Program-made: the position numbers and the translations under genes
Assembly: GCA_034669905.1 (NCBI GenBank)
Contig: JAXMOL010000034.1
Span: forward strand, 1-64,000
DNA: 64,000 nucleotides
DNA from: Candidatus Hydrogenedentota bacterium
GTDB taxonomy: Bacteria > Hydrogenedentota > Hydrogenedentia > Hydrogenedentales > JAEUWI01
Direction of reading: 5' to 3'
The notes under the pieces: model-generated
Seen by the model: only the letters and a program-made list of their open reading frames with translations
What the model was told of the DNA's origin: nothing
The model's database searches: none
Shown here: piece by piece, positions 28,194 to 38,896 of the stretch
How positions within the stretch are numbered: position 1 is the first letter of the stretch
Layout of the letters: each line of letters starts with the position of its first letter

Positions 28194-29489
28194 TGCCGGG
28201 GCAGGGTTGCCTTGGCGTTGCCACGTTAGCGCCATCCGACAGGCCGCATCGCCGTCGATGAGGCCGGCCCCGGTCTGTGGGGAAACGGGGCCCCGTACCG
28301 TCGCTCGGAGTATGTCCCCCACTTCACCTGGCTTCAGGTGGGGATTCACCTCGAGCATGAGCGCGATTAGACCGGCTACCTGGGGCGCCGCGGAGGACGT
28401 GCCGGACGTGATGGCCCACCCCGACGTGGTTTTTCCCAGGGGCAGATTCTCCCCCTCCAAGACCGACGCCCGCGATGTGGGAAGCATGATGTGCCCTTTT
28501 CGCGGATAGGCGCCCCCCTCGCCCACGATACCGCAGAGATCGGGCACCTGTCGGCCGGGATAGAGCTGGCTTTCGTAGGAGCCCGCGAGCGTCGAAGGGA
28601 TCAGGTCCCCCGATGCTGTCCAGGTCATTCCGCCCACTGCGATGACCTCCGGCATGGAAGCCGGAAAGGGGCGCTCTCCATTCCCGGCGGAGAACACGAC
28701 GGTCACCCCGGCATCGATGGCCCCCCGGATGATACGCTCCATATCGTCGAATTGAAGCGCGGTATGGGGCTCTTCGGCCCGGAGCTGTTCCCACGAACGG
28801 TGGTCTTTGTCCCATCCCCAGGAGCAACTCAAGACCCGGGGCGACTGGGCCAGGGCGATCTCCAGGGCCGTCGCGGAAAAATCGCTCTGCCGGATGCCGA
28901 TGAGGGTCGCCCCCGGGGCCACCGCGAGGGCATTGGCACAGGCCGCCGTACCGTGGCCTTGTTCATCCCCGGTGGGGTCCATGCCTTCGACGGTACTGAT
29001 GCGTTCGATATGATACCCCTGGCGCTCAAACCAGGGATGGCGGGCGATTCCGGTGTCGGGCATGGCAATGGAGATGCCCGTGCCGCGGATTTCCCGTTGG
29101 TGACAGGGGGTGACCCGCAAGACATCACAGAGGGTGCTCAAACTGAGATGAAAGAGGGATGTCTCCGGCGGGGCGCTTGTCTCACCATGCGCGCCAGCCG
29201 CGCTTGGGCGGTAGACATAGGCAATGAGGGGCTGAAGGGGCGCTGGCACCGAAGGTAACCCGTCTCCGCGATCCGCATCGGGGGTGAGCAAGGCGTATTG
29301 TTCGGCAGTGACGGAAGATTCCAGGGTGCCGGGGCCGGGAGACCAGGTGTGGAGCTTCAGGCGCTGGAGGATTCGCTTCGCCGTCCGGGCGCGGTAGGGA
29401 TCGGGCCAGGGGGTCGCACCGAATCGGGGGTCATCTCCCTGGCGGGTTCGGGCGACCCAACGCAGCGGAATCATGGGGCCTTCACTCAT
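28179..29489 (-). CDS. S8 (subtilisin-like) serine peptidase
   Basis: Triad PDTG, GHGT, SGTSSAAP; oxyanion SAGN. Confidence 0.9.
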   Translation of the reverse strand: MSEGPMIPLRWVARTRQGDDPRFGATPWPDPYRARTAKRILQRLKLHTWSPGPGTLESSVTAEQYALLTPDADRGDGLPSVPAPLQPLIAYVYRPSAAGAHGETSAPPETSLFHLSLSTLCDVLRVTPCHQREIRGTGISIAMPDTGIARHPWFERQGYHIERISTVEGMDPTGDEQGHGTAACANALAVAPGATLIGIRQSDFSATALEIALAQSPRVLSCSWGWDKDHRSWEQLRAEEPHTALQFDDMERIIRGAIDAGVTVVFSAGNGERPFPASMPEVIAVGGMTWTASGDLIPSTLAGSYESQLYPGRQVPDLCGIVGEGGAYPRKGHIMLPTSRASVLEGENLPLGKTTSGWAITSGTSSAAPQVAGLIALMLEVNPHLKPGEVGDILRATVRGPVSPQTGAGLIDGDAACRMALTWQRQGNPAPASGQR

Positions 29490-30291
29490 CCCGAAGGGCC
29501 GCCTTCATGGTGTTGGAACCGGGTGCAAATCCGTCTTCGGATGCCGTCTGGATGTGGTATCGATGCCCTTCCGCATTGTAGAACTGAATGATGCGTAGCA
29601 GTTCACTGAGATCGATTTGCCAATCCTGCGGGGCATAGTCACTGTCATGGGGGGCGCAAGTCTGCGGTCCGGGGCCTGCGTGATAACCATCCTCCCCGTC
29701 TACGTCACAAGAATACGTGGTGCTGTTGTAGAGTTGAACGACCCGAAGGACCTCCCCGACCGCTATCTGGCTGTCCCCGTTGGTGTCGGCCCGGTGGGCG
29801 GCAAAGGGCAGGGACACGGTGATGGTTGCCGTTTCCAGGGTCACGGTCAATGCGTCCGCGTCTCCGTTGGCTCCGCTCGAGTTGCCATTGGCAATCGACA
29901 GGATTTTCCCGGCCTCGGCGGTCGGCGTCACCGTGAATTCCAGGTCCGCCAGGGTCGTGGCGGTGAAGGCGCTGCTGCCTCCGAAAAAGACCAGGGTCGC
30001 ACCCGATGGGGTCGCCTGAAAATCAGCGCTCCCATCCGTTGCCCCGGAATTCGCGACGACATTCGTCAGTGAAAGCTGCGTGGTGTCAAAAAGGAGGTCA
30101 ATCACCAGGGTTGTGGGACCGTCGTCTCCATTGCTCAGCGTAAGGGACAGGAAGGAAGCGCTTCCGGCTGGTATGGTGACGGAGGGAAGTTGCAGTTCTA
30201 CGGCGCTTCCCGAAGACGCCCCCACCCCCGCGAGGAAGAAGGCGAAGAAAAGCACCCACCGTCGGCGGAAACTATCCACCAGAACCATCAT
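29482..30291 (-). CDS. Secreted protein with cohesin-like beta domain and duplicated EF-hand/dockerin-like C-terminal domain
   Basis: Signal peptide; beta-rich region; HRADTNGDSQI..EVLRVVQLYN and HDSDY..DWQI.LSELLRIIQFYN repeats. Confidence 0.7.
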   Translation of the reverse strand: MMVLVDSFRRRWVLFFAFFLAGVGASSGSAVELQLPSVTIPAGSASFLSLTLSNGDDGPTTLVIDLLFDTTQLSLTNVVANSGATDGSADFQATPSGATLVFFGGSSAFTATTLADLEFTVTPTAEAGKILSIANGNSSGANGDADALTVTLETATITVSLPFAAHRADTNGDSQIAVGEVLRVVQLYNSTTYSCDVDGEDGYHAGPGPQTCAPHDSDYAPQDWQIDLSELLRIIQFYNAEGHRYHIQTASEDGFAPGSNTMKAALRDE

Positions 30292-30458
30292 TTAATCCCT
30301 TTCACCCTGGACTGCATTGCGTGCTTCAAGTATACCGTATTGATTCAGGAGGTGGTATTTTCACCGGTGCGGGCGGGAAGGTGTATCCGACGCGTAAATC
30401 ACGTATAATCAAGGTAACGAAACAACCCAATCACCCGGTAGTTTAGCTAACGTACTTC

Positions 30459-31214
30459 ATGGCAAAAGAACGTCTCGACATCTTAGTGCAGCACCAGGCG
30501 GGTGTTTCCCGTTCCAAGGCGCAGGGTCTCATACAAACGGGCCAGGTATTTGACGCCGCAGGGAAACGGCTCGATAAGCCGGGGTTGCGTATGGACGCGG
30601 AGACGGCGCTCGAAGTGCGAGAGCAGCCGCGCTTTGTCAGCCGCGGCGGGCAAAAGATTGCCGCCGCGTTCGAAGCCTTTCCCTTCACCGTGCGCGATCA
30701 GGTATGTATTGACGTGGGCGCGTCTACCGGCGGCTTCACCGATTGCTGTCTCCAGGAAGGGGCCGCACGGGTATACGCCGTGGACGTGGGTTACGGCCAA
30801 CTGGCCTGGTCCCTCCGGCAGGATGAGCGCGTGGTCGTGATGGAGCGCGTCAATGCGCGCAGCCTCCAGCCCGACATGTTCGACCCGCTCCCCACCCGAT
30901 TCGTGGCCGACTGCTCTTTCATTTCGCTGCGGCTTATCCTTCCCCCGCTGATTCCCGTCCTTGGCGCGGCACCAGAGGGCGTGGTGCTTATCAAGCCCCA
31001 GTTTGAAGCGGGCAAAGATCAGGTGGGCAAAGGCGGCGTTGTGCGGGACGAAGCCGTGCGCGAACAAGTCGTGAATGCCACCTGCGCGCACGCCCGGTCC
31101 CTCGGTTTTCAGTCCATCGAGGTGGTGCCCTCTCCCCTGACCGGCCCCGCGGGGAACAAGGAGTTTCTTGCCTACCTTCACGACTTCAGCGCGCCCGAGT
31201 TGCCGCCATGTTAG
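30459..31214 (+). CDS. tlyA: TlyA family rRNA methyltransferase
   Basis: S4 domain, FVSRGG, DVGASTGGFTD, SFISL, IKPQFE. Confidence 0.95.
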   Translation: MAKERLDILVQHQAGVSRSKAQGLIQTGQVFDAAGKRLDKPGLRMDAETALEVREQPRFVSRGGQKIAAAFEAFPFTVRDQVCIDVGASTGGFTDCCLQEGAARVYAVDVGYGQLAWSLRQDERVVVMERVNARSLQPDMFDPLPTRFVADCSFISLRLILPPLIPVLGAAPEGVVLIKPQFEAGKDQVGKGGVVRDEAVREQVVNATCAHARSLGFQSIEVVPSPLTGPAGNKEFLAYLHDFSAPELPPC

Positions 31215-32872
31215 TGACGCTCCGGATTCAGAATTTCGCCCTCATCGAAACAGTAGAGATCGATTTTCAGGAGGGCTTCAACGCCCTGACCGGGGAAACG
31301 GGCGCGGGTAAATCCATTCTCATTGGTGCGCTGAACCTGGCCCTCGGTGCCCGGGCCTCAGGCGATGTTTTGCGGGCCGGGGCCGACAAGGTCCAGATTG
31401 ACGCCATCTTTCAACTTGCCGCGCCGGGCACGCGTCTTCAGGCCTTGCTCGAGCAACACGAACTGGCCGGGGATTCCGACGAATTGCACCTCTCTCGTAC
31501 CATCGCGAAAGATGGCCGAAGCCGGGGGTACATCAACGGTGCGCTGGTGCCCATCGCCGTTCTGTCCGCCATTGGTGATGAACTGGTGGATATCCACGGT
31601 CAGCATGATCATCAGTCCCTGCTCAAGTCAGAACGGCAGATGGAGTTGCTCGATGCGTTCGGTGGTACCGAGGCGGACACGGCCTCCATGCGGGAGGCGG
31701 TGGCGACCTACCGTGCCCTGGAGCAGGAAATCGCCACCCTCGAGTCGGACGATCGCGATCGCAGTCGCCAAATGGACTTCTTGCGCTTTGAAGTGGACGA
31801 AATTGACGGGGCGGGACTCACGCCTGGTGAAGATGTGGAGCTGAAGGCCCGCATTAACCTGATTACGAACGCTGAAACCATTATTGAAGCGGCCCAGACC
31901 ATCTATGGATTGCTCTTTGAGGGGGAAGACGGCGCCGCGATTGATCAACTTACCCGTGCCGCCCGCCATCTGGATGAACTGGTGGCCCTGGATGAGCGCT
32001 TTACCCCCCTGGCTACCCAGTTGGCCGAGGCCCAGGCAACGATAGATGCCGTGGCCGGGGAGATCCGGGACTACACGGAGTCCATGGAATTCGATCCGCA
32101 GGAACTGGAAGAGCTTAATCAGCGAAACAGCCTATTGGGTGATCTGCGACGAAAATACGGCCAGACTATCGAAGAGATCCTGGCCTACCGGGAGCGAATC
32201 GCTTCAGAACTCGAAAGTTATGAGAATCGGGATGAGCACCTGGCCGCCATGCGGGCAGAGGCGAAGAAGCAGTTGGTCGCCATCACGGAAGCGGGTAAGA
32301 AGCTCAGCGAGAAACGCCGTAAGGCCGGCCGTGCTTTGGAAAAGAAGGTGACGGCCGCGTTGCAGGATCTGGGGATGAAGGGCGCGCGCTTCGCCGCCAG
32401 CCTGGAGGCCGTTGAGCTGACGAGTACCGGCTTTGATCGGGCGACCTTTCAACTGGCCGCCAACCAGGGCGAGGCCCTCAAACCGATTAAGAGTGTGGCA
32501 TCGGGCGGTGAGATTTCCCGTATCATGTTGGCGATCAAGACCGCGCTGGCCAGTGCCGACACCATTCCCACCCTTATTTTTGATGAGATTGACGCGGGTA
32601 TCGGCGGGGATGTCGCCCGTATGGTGGCCCAGAAGATGAAGGCAGTGGCCGATTCTCATCAGGTTATGAGTGTGACCCACCTTGCCCAGATTGCCGCCGT
32701 GGCCGATGCCCACTTTACGGTGGCGAAGGCGACGAGCAAAGGGCGCACGAAGACGGCCGTTCACATGCTGACGGGCGCCGCGCGGGAAAAGGAAATTGCC
32801 CGCCTTTTGGATGGTTCCGTTTCTGGAGTCAGCCTGGAACATGCCCAGGTGTTGCTCGCTGGAGGTACGTAG
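31208..32872 (+). CDS. recN: DNA repair protein RecN
   Basis: TGETGAGKS, DIHGQH, ASGGEISR, FDEID. Confidence 0.96.
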   Translation: MLVTLRIQNFALIETVEIDFQEGFNALTGETGAGKSILIGALNLALGARASGDVLRAGADKVQIDAIFQLAAPGTRLQALLEQHELAGDSDELHLSRTIAKDGRSRGYINGALVPIAVLSAIGDELVDIHGQHDHQSLLKSERQMELLDAFGGTEADTASMREAVATYRALEQEIATLESDDRDRSRQMDFLRFEVDEIDGAGLTPGEDVELKARINLITNAETIIEAAQTIYGLLFEGEDGAAIDQLTRAARHLDELVALDERFTPLATQLAEAQATIDAVAGEIRDYTESMEFDPQELEELNQRNSLLGDLRRKYGQTIEEILAYRERIASELESYENRDEHLAAMRAEAKKQLVAITEAGKKLSEKRRKAGRALEKKVTAALQDLGMKGARFAASLEAVELTSTGFDRATFQLAANQGEALKPIKSVASGGEISRIMLAIKTALASADTIPTLIFDEIDAGIGGDVARMVAQKMKAVADSHQVMSVTHLAQIAAVADAHFTVAKATSKGRTKTAVHMLTGAAREKEIARLLDGSVSGVSLEHAQVLLAGGT

Positions 32873-33034
32873 GAGACGAGATTTGACATCATGAACCGAG
32901 ACAGGACGTCGCATTGTATTTAAGGAGGTTGATATGGCCCGTATGCGAGTTAGCAGTAAACGTGTGTGCCCTTCCCTTGCGGTGAAAGGGCGAATCGTTC
33001 GTGTGAAGGTTACGTCCGGAAGGGGGATGGTGTC

Positions 33035-34414
33035 ATGAAGTTCACGTCTTATGGTGCGGCCGAAGAAGTCACGGGGAGCAAGCACTTTCTCGAATTGAAT
33101 GGGGCCCGGCTCCTTCTGGACTGTGGCATGTTTCAGGGGCGGCGCAAAGAATCTTCCGAGAAAAACCGACACTTCGGTTTTGACGTGGAGAGTATCAATG
33201 CCGTAATTCTGAGTCACGCCCATATTGACCACAGCGGCCTCCTCCCCATGTTGTCGAAATTCGGCTATCGGGGCTGTGTCTATTGCACCCCTGCCACCCG
33301 CGACCTGTGCTCCATCATGCTCCAGGACAGTGCCCGGATTCAGAAGCGGGACGCGGAGTGGCTGTCCAAGAAACACATGACCTTCTATCCGCCCCTCTAC
33401 CACGATCAGGATGTGCGGGAAATCATGAAGCGCTTTGTCTCCGTGCCCTACGACGTTCGCTTTCCGGTGTTGCCCAACGTCTTTATGACCTTTCACGATG
33501 CGGGACACGTCCTGGGTTCGGCGATGGTCGAACTGGAATACGAGGAGAAAGGCGAGCGACGTCGTTTCCTCTTCAGCGGCGATATCGGACGTAAGAATAT
33601 GGCCATTCTCGATGACCCGTGGGAGCCCGGACCCGCTGATGTGGTGGTGATGGAGAGTACCTACGGCGATCGGGACCATGACCCCATGGAGCTCATGGAA
33701 GACAAGCTGGCCGGCTACATCAACGAAACCGTGGAGCGGGGTGGCAAGATGATTATCCCGTCCTTCGCACTGGAGCGTGCCCAGGAGCTGGTCTATGCCC
33801 TGAAACGCCTCGAGCTGAAAAATGCAATTCACGACATCCCGGTTATCGTCGACAGCCCCTTGACGGTAAATATCACGGAGGTGTTCCGGCTGCACACCGA
33901 GTCCTTCGATGCGGAGTTTCGCCGTCTTATGACGGAAAACGGAGATCCTTTCCAGTTGAAGAATATTCGCTACATCCGTTCACTCGAGGAATCGATTGCG
34001 CTGAATCGGCTCGAAGGGCCGGCCATCATTATTTCCGCTGCGGGCATGTGTGAACATGGGCGCATATTGCACCATCTGAAAAATCATTGCGGGAACCGAA
34101 AAAACCGGATACTCATCATTGGATTCCAGGCGAAGAATACCTTGGGCCGACGCATCGTGGAGCGCAGTCGAACGATTCGGATTTTTGGTATGGATCATGA
34201 TCTCTACGCCGATGTCCGCGTCATGAACGAGTTCAGCGCCCATGCCGGCCAGACCGAGCTCCTCGAGTTTGGCGAACGCTTCAAAGACTGTGCCGAAAAA
34301 GTGCTCCTCGTGCACGGGGAACCGGATGCGATGAAGTCGCTTCAGGACGGCTTGAAAAAGCGGGGTGTGGAGAATGTTATGATTCCCAAAGAGGGAATGA
34401 CCCTTGATGTCTGA
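33035..34414 (+). CDS. MBL-fold beta-CASP ribonuclease
   Basis: SHAHIDH, AGHVLGS, ESTYG, FSAHA, VHGE. Confidence 0.92.
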   Translation: MKFTSYGAAEEVTGSKHFLELNGARLLLDCGMFQGRRKESSEKNRHFGFDVESINAVILSHAHIDHSGLLPMLSKFGYRGCVYCTPATRDLCSIMLQDSARIQKRDAEWLSKKHMTFYPPLYHDQDVREIMKRFVSVPYDVRFPVLPNVFMTFHDAGHVLGSAMVELEYEEKGERRRFLFSGDIGRKNMAILDDPWEPGPADVVVMESTYGDRDHDPMELMEDKLAGYINETVERGGKMIIPSFALERAQELVYALKRLELKNAIHDIPVIVDSPLTVNITEVFRLHTESFDAEFRRLMTENGDPFQLKNIRYIRSLEESIALNRLEGPAIIISAAGMCEHGRILHHLKNHCGNRKNRILIIGFQAKNTLGRRIVERSRTIRIFGMDHDLYADVRVMNEFSAHAGQTELLEFGERFKDCAEKVLLVHGEPDAMKSLQDGLKKRGVENVMIPKEGMTLDV

Positions 34415-34435
34415 TGATGAACGGCAGGTACCGCA

Positions 34436-35239
34436 ATGGAACATGAAGCACTCAAGAATATTCTGACCGAGATTGAAGATGGTAAGGTGGCCGAGGCCCG
34501 ACTGGCGCTCCGCCCCTACCTGACCGCGCCCCATGACGCACCTTCTCATGAGGTGCGCTATCTCTTAGGCCGGGCCTGGTTTGAGGAAGACAAGGCGACG
34601 GCCCGCTATCTCTTTGAGGCGGCGCTGGCGATTCAGTCGGACTTCGCCCCGGCGGGCCAATACGAGGCCCGCTGCGGATCGGCCCTGGAAGATCTGGAGG
34701 CCTTCAACGATGCGCGCCACCCTGCCTGCGACGCCTGTGGTTTGCGCTATCGCGATCACGAAGCCTTTTGCCCTTATTGCGGCAGCGCGGTTGCCCCTCC
34801 CCGGGACCAATCGGATGGCTCCATCGAGGATCAGCTTCGCAACGCGGGGCAGGACGTGGTGGACACCTTACGAACTTTTTCCGAGCGAGAAGACGTCAAA
34901 CAGGCGAAAGAGAAAGTGGTGCACGCCGGGCAGCACGCCTACGACAAGGCCAAGGAGTTGGCAGAGAGCGAAAAAGCCCGGGAGCTGCGGGGAAAAGCAG
35001 AGGTACTCGGTCAGCGCGCAGCCGCCAAAGCGAAAGAAATAAGTGAGCGCAAAGAAGTGAAGGATGCGGTACACCAGGTACAGGAGTCGTCCACCCACTT
35101 CTTGGGGAAGGTGCAGGAATATCTGGCGACCGAACAAAAACGCATCAATGAGGCACAGGGTCCCGAAAAGGCAACGCTTATCGCAAAATGGGTCGGGATT
35201 ATTCTGGTTATCCTTCTTGTCTTACGGTGGATCTTCTAG
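34436..35239 (+). CDS. Hypothetical protein: TPR-like, zinc ribbon, charged helical region, C-terminal TM
   Basis: CDAC...CPYC; Ala/Lys/Glu-rich helices; terminal hydrophobic helix. Confidence 0.65.
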   Translation: MEHEALKNILTEIEDGKVAEARLALRPYLTAPHDAPSHEVRYLLGRAWFEEDKATARYLFEAALAIQSDFAPAGQYEARCGSALEDLEAFNDARHPACDACGLRYRDHEAFCPYCGSAVAPPRDQSDGSIEDQLRNAGQDVVDTLRTFSEREDVKQAKEKVVHAGQHAYDKAKELAESEKARELRGKAEVLGQRAAAKAKEISERKEVKDAVHQVQESSTHFLGKVQEYLATEQKRINEAQGPEKATLIAKWVGIILVILLVLRWIF

Positions 35240-35316
35240 GGGGGCTTTCCACGGGCCATGCCCGGCAGCGGGCGTCCCTGTTGCCGGCAGCGGCCCGCTG
35301 CTCCCCTCGGTTGGAC

Positions 35317-36198
35317 CTATCCCGCAATCGGGCAAACATCGACGGCCACCTCGAGGCGCTGTCCTCCCCCGCCCAGAATGACCCCCCGCATGGGACTCAC
35401 TTCACCGTAGTTTCTCCCCCACGCTACGGTTATATGCTCCACAGTGGGCAGCACGTTGTTGGTGGGATCGAGATCAACCCATCCGAGCGTGGGCACATAG
35501 AGTGACAGCCAGGCGTGTGAGGCCTGGGCCCCAACAAAAGTCGCGCCGGTATCCGCATGTTTGGGGGCCACGTAGCCGCTGACATAGCGGGCAGCCAGGC
35601 CCAAGGCCCGAAGACAGCCAATCTGCAGGTGAGCAAAGTCCTGGCAGACCCCCCGCTTCTTGTGGAGCGTTTCCTCCACGGGGGTTGTGACTGTCGTCGC
35701 CGACGGGTCGTAGGCGAATTCCCTATAGATGCGTTCCATCAGGTTACGCGCACCCACCAACACGGGCGCACCGGTTGGGAAAGAGGGCTTGGCGAAGCTC
35801 CGCAAGGCCCGGGAAACGGCGATACTTTCCGAGGGATAACGAAAACGACAGGCCGCCCTGTCCAATGGATTGGCAGGGCATTGCAGGGATTCGACAACAG
35901 CCTCCCATGGAAGCGTATCCTCTGCAGGTGGCGGTGTGTGTGGGGTCAGCCATACTTCGCTACGGGCCGTGACCTCCAGGACGCGGTGCTGTTCCTGAAT
36001 CGTGAAACTGACGATTTCATTGCCGTAATAATCGTGTCCCCGATGACCGAAGACCGCGGGTACGGGGTCGATTTCCAGGTGAGAGCGCAGGCATTGTTGT
36101 TGGGCCGTGTTCCGTGGGGTGAGATAGACCCGGTTGTATCCGATAGGTACGGCACCGTCATAGGTGTAGCGCGTGGTGTGGGCAATTCGGTATTTCAT
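35317..36198 (-). CDS. Transglutaminase-like protein
   Basis: YRIAHTTRY, GVCQDFAH, ARYVSGY, SHAW, DPTN, GRNY. Confidence 0.93.
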   Translation of the reverse strand: MKYRIAHTTRYTYDGAVPIGYNRVYLTPRNTAQQQCLRSHLEIDPVPAVFGHRGHDYYGNEIVSFTIQEQHRVLEVTARSEVWLTPHTPPPAEDTLPWEAVVESLQCPANPLDRAACRFRYPSESIAVSRALRSFAKPSFPTGAPVLVGARNLMERIYREFAYDPSATTVTTPVEETLHKKRGVCQDFAHLQIGCLRALGLAARYVSGYVAPKHADTGATFVGAQASHAWLSLYVPTLGWVDLDPTNNVLPTVEHITVAWGRNYGEVSPMRGVILGGGGQRLEVAVDVCPIAG

Positions 36199-38825
36199 GG
36201 GGTGGGCTCCCCGGAGCCGAAACCGACCAGCGGTCGGAGTGGTGCGGTGTGGATAAAGTAACGTTGTTCCAAGAGATTGGCGAAACGGGGCAGGTCATGC
36301 TGGCACGCATCCAGCAAGCGCTGGAGGGCCTCCCGTGCTCCCTGCTCATTCGGGGCGGCCAACAGGTTGGCATCGGTCGTGCGAATGCGGGTGTTGAGTC
36401 GCTCGATGATCCGTTCCTCCTCATTGAACAAGCCCGCCCCACCGACATCGGGAAGCCATCGGAGTTGTTTTACGATGCGTTGCAGCTGGTAGGCCACGCT
36501 GCGGGGGTTGGTGTCATCGCAAATGAGCAGGTCGATCACCGGAGCGGCCTGGAAGACGTTCCCATAGCGCGCGCGATAGGTCATCGGGCTGTCACAAATC
36601 GACAGCAGGGCCTGGAGCAGGGCTTCCTCGTTATCCGTCCGTTGTTCCAGGGTGCGAAATACGAGGTGGGCCGTATGACTGCTGCGTTCCAGACGCTGGC
36701 CCATGTCGAGAAAGAGTTGGCCGGATTCCCGGGTCATGTTCTCGCGAAGCAGACCATTGAAGGCGGCAAAGCCCTTGACGAGTTGATTCAACGCATACAG
36801 GACTTCCCCCAGGGCCGGGCGGGAGCGCCGTTCCTGAAGTTGTATGAACTCCAGGGTGAAACTGTTCAGGATGCGCCAGTCGTCCTCCGAGAACCGTTCG
36901 CGTACGACCCATGCAGTCCGTCGCACTGCGAGGATATTGCTGGCGATGCTATTGGGCTGTTGCGCGTTGAATACCGCTTCAAAGACAACTTCTTGAATAC
37001 GATCCAGGGACCGCAACCAATCGTAGCCTTCGCCCGGGGACCCATTCTCGTCGGTCCAGGCGGCGGAGAGTTTGGTGTCGGCACGCTTGGAAAAGAGTCC
37101 CATGGGCGCGGCACGCAAAAGATTCTGTAGGGCTCCCATACTGCGATAACCCGCTTCATCGGAGCATTGGTTCAGCAAGTGACGGACGTAGCGTACCGTG
37201 GCCTCGGTACGCTCGCAGTACCGCCCGAGCCACAAGAGATTTTCGGCCAGTCTGCTGGAAAGGTTTCGGGGGGAACGCCGCAAGGCCAGGGGCGTGCCCT
37301 TGTCTCGGAGCAGGCTGGTGAAGGGGGCCTTCCCTTCGGAAAGCACCCAGACATCCTTGCTGCCACACCCCTGTTGCATCGATATGTCGAAGGTGTGGGT
37401 GTGGGGACTGACCCGGGCCAGGCCGCCCGGCAAAACCCGGATACTGTCTTCATCCCGTCCGCCGGTGGCGTAGACACGCAGCACCAGGCTGTTGGGCACC
37501 AATTGGCCGTTGGTGAAAACCGGAATGGTCGAAGGGGTGACCGGTTCGACGGCCACGAATTCATAGGGGCGTTCCCGCCATTCCGCATAGCGCTGGTCAC
37601 GTTCTTCCCGGGACATCTGCGCAACGGGGAGCGCCTTCTCCACGCCGTGAAAGGCCGACTGGAGATGGAGGGAGTCGAAATGGGCCTCCATCCACTCCCG
37701 GTCGGATTCGATGGCGCCCCACCGGGTCGGTGTCGAGGAGAGCAGTAATTCTTCGCCCAGGAGCCGTCGCGCGACGGCCGGAAGGACTGCACTCAGTGCC
37801 GCCACCTCCAAGAGGCCGCTGCCCACACTGTTGCACACGGTGACGTTGCCGGCCCGTACCGCGCCCAGTAGTCCGGAGATACCGAGGATCGAATCCCGCC
37901 GCAGTTCGAGGGGATCGCTGAAGGCGTCATCGACCCGACGGAGCAACACATCAACCCGCTTCAACCCCTCGATGGTCTTGAGGTAGACGTAGTTGTCGCG
38001 TACCGTGAGGTCCGCCCCTTCGAGCAGGTTGATTCCAAGATAGCGGGCAAGATAAACATGCTCGAAATACACTTCGTTGAGCGGGCCGGGCGTGTGTAGA
38101 ACCACGGTGGGTTCGGCCTTGTCGCCGGGTGCGATATCCACCAGGGCATTCCGGAAGGTATCGAAAAAGTCTGCAAGCCGTTCTATCTTTCCCTCAGAAA
38201 AAAGTTGGGGCAACACCTGCGCGAGGATGACCCGGTTTTCCAAGGCGTAGCCCGTGCCGGATGGGGCCTGGGTACGATCACTATAGACCGTCCATTCGCC
38301 ACTGGGACTGCGCACCAGGTCGACGGCGTATCGGGCAATATGCCCGTGGGGTGTTGAGGGAATGCCATGGCAAACCCGCTGAAACTGTGGATTGGCATGG
38401 ACGAAGGCGTCTGGGACCACCTCTTCTTCGAGCAGCGTCTGCTCCCCATACAGGTCGGCCAGCATGCCGTTCAGTGCGGCCAGTCGTTGCTTTACCCCCT
38501 TCTCAATATGCTCCCACTCGGCCCGGGGGATTACTACGGGAAACAGATCGAGTGCCCAGGGGCGATCCATACCCTTCGCGTCACTATAGACGTTGTAAAC
38601 GATCCCGTGTTGGCGGACGATTTCCTCCGCCTCCCGTCCGTAGTCATTGAGGCCCTGGACGCCGGTCGTTCCGAGGGCGTCCACAAACCATTGCCAATGA
38701 GGCCGTACATCGCCCCTGCCGTTTAGTAGCTCGTCGTGTCCTTTTGCTACCGTGCGGTAGGATTCGAGGAGTTTCAGCAAGGTGTCAGACGGAGCCCCGT
38801 CCCAGCTTTTTTGTTGTTGTCGCAT
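36195..38825 (-). CDS. Circularly permuted type 2 ATP-grasp fused to alpha-E domain
   Basis: DRTQAPSGTGYALENR, TPGP, LRRVDD, PGGLARV, SKDVWV, then WLGRYCER. Confidence 0.92.
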   Translation of the reverse strand: MRQQQKSWDGAPSDTLLKLLESYRTVAKGHDELLNGRGDVRPHWQWFVDALGTTGVQGLNDYGREAEEIVRQHGIVYNVYSDAKGMDRPWALDLFPVVIPRAEWEHIEKGVKQRLAALNGMLADLYGEQTLLEEEVVPDAFVHANPQFQRVCHGIPSTPHGHIARYAVDLVRSPSGEWTVYSDRTQAPSGTGYALENRVILAQVLPQLFSEGKIERLADFFDTFRNALVDIAPGDKAEPTVVLHTPGPLNEVYFEHVYLARYLGINLLEGADLTVRDNYVYLKTIEGLKRVDVLLRRVDDAFSDPLELRRDSILGISGLLGAVRAGNVTVCNSVGSGLLEVAALSAVLPAVARRLLGEELLLSSTPTRWGAIESDREWMEAHFDSLHLQSAFHGVEKALPVAQMSREERDQRYAEWRERPYEFVAVEPVTPSTIPVFTNGQLVPNSLVLRVYATGGRDEDSIRVLPGGLARVSPHTHTFDISMQQGCGSKDVWVLSEGKAPFTSLLRDKGTPLALRRSPRNLSSRLAENLLWLGRYCERTEATVRYVRHLLNQCSDEAGYRSMGALQNLLRAAPMGLFSKRADTKLSAAWTDENGSPGEGYDWLRSLDRIQEVVFEAVFNAQQPNSIASNILAVRRTAWVVRERFSEDDWRILNSFTLEFIQLQERRSRPALGEVLYALNQLVKGFAAFNGLLRENMTRESGQLFLDMGQRLERSSHTAHLVFRTLEQRTDNEEALLQALLSICDSPMTYRARYGNVFQAAPVIDLLICDDTNPRSVAYQLQRIVKQLRWLPDVGGAGLFNEEERIIERLNTRIRTTDANLLAAPNEQGAREALQRLLDACQHDLPRFANLLEQRYFIHTAPLRPLVGFGSGEPTP

Positions 38826-38869
38826 AGATAAAAACCCATTACCAGTTGATTAATCTCCGTAGAGCTCTA

Positions 38870-38885
38870 TGCAATTGTTATGCCA
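38870..38885 (-). promoter_or_regulatory. sigma54 (-24/-12) promoter for the leftward operon
   Basis: TGGCAT-aacaa-TTGCA on minus strand, about 45 nt upstream of ATG 38825. Confidence 0.8.
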
Positions 38886-38896
38886 TGAATCGGTGG

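Noticed and set aside
32204..33895. Long antisense ORFs (also 39822-41594, 42206-43855, 49282-50547, 57877-59382)
   Set aside because: Shadows of well-supported genes on the opposite strand, expected in high-GC DNA
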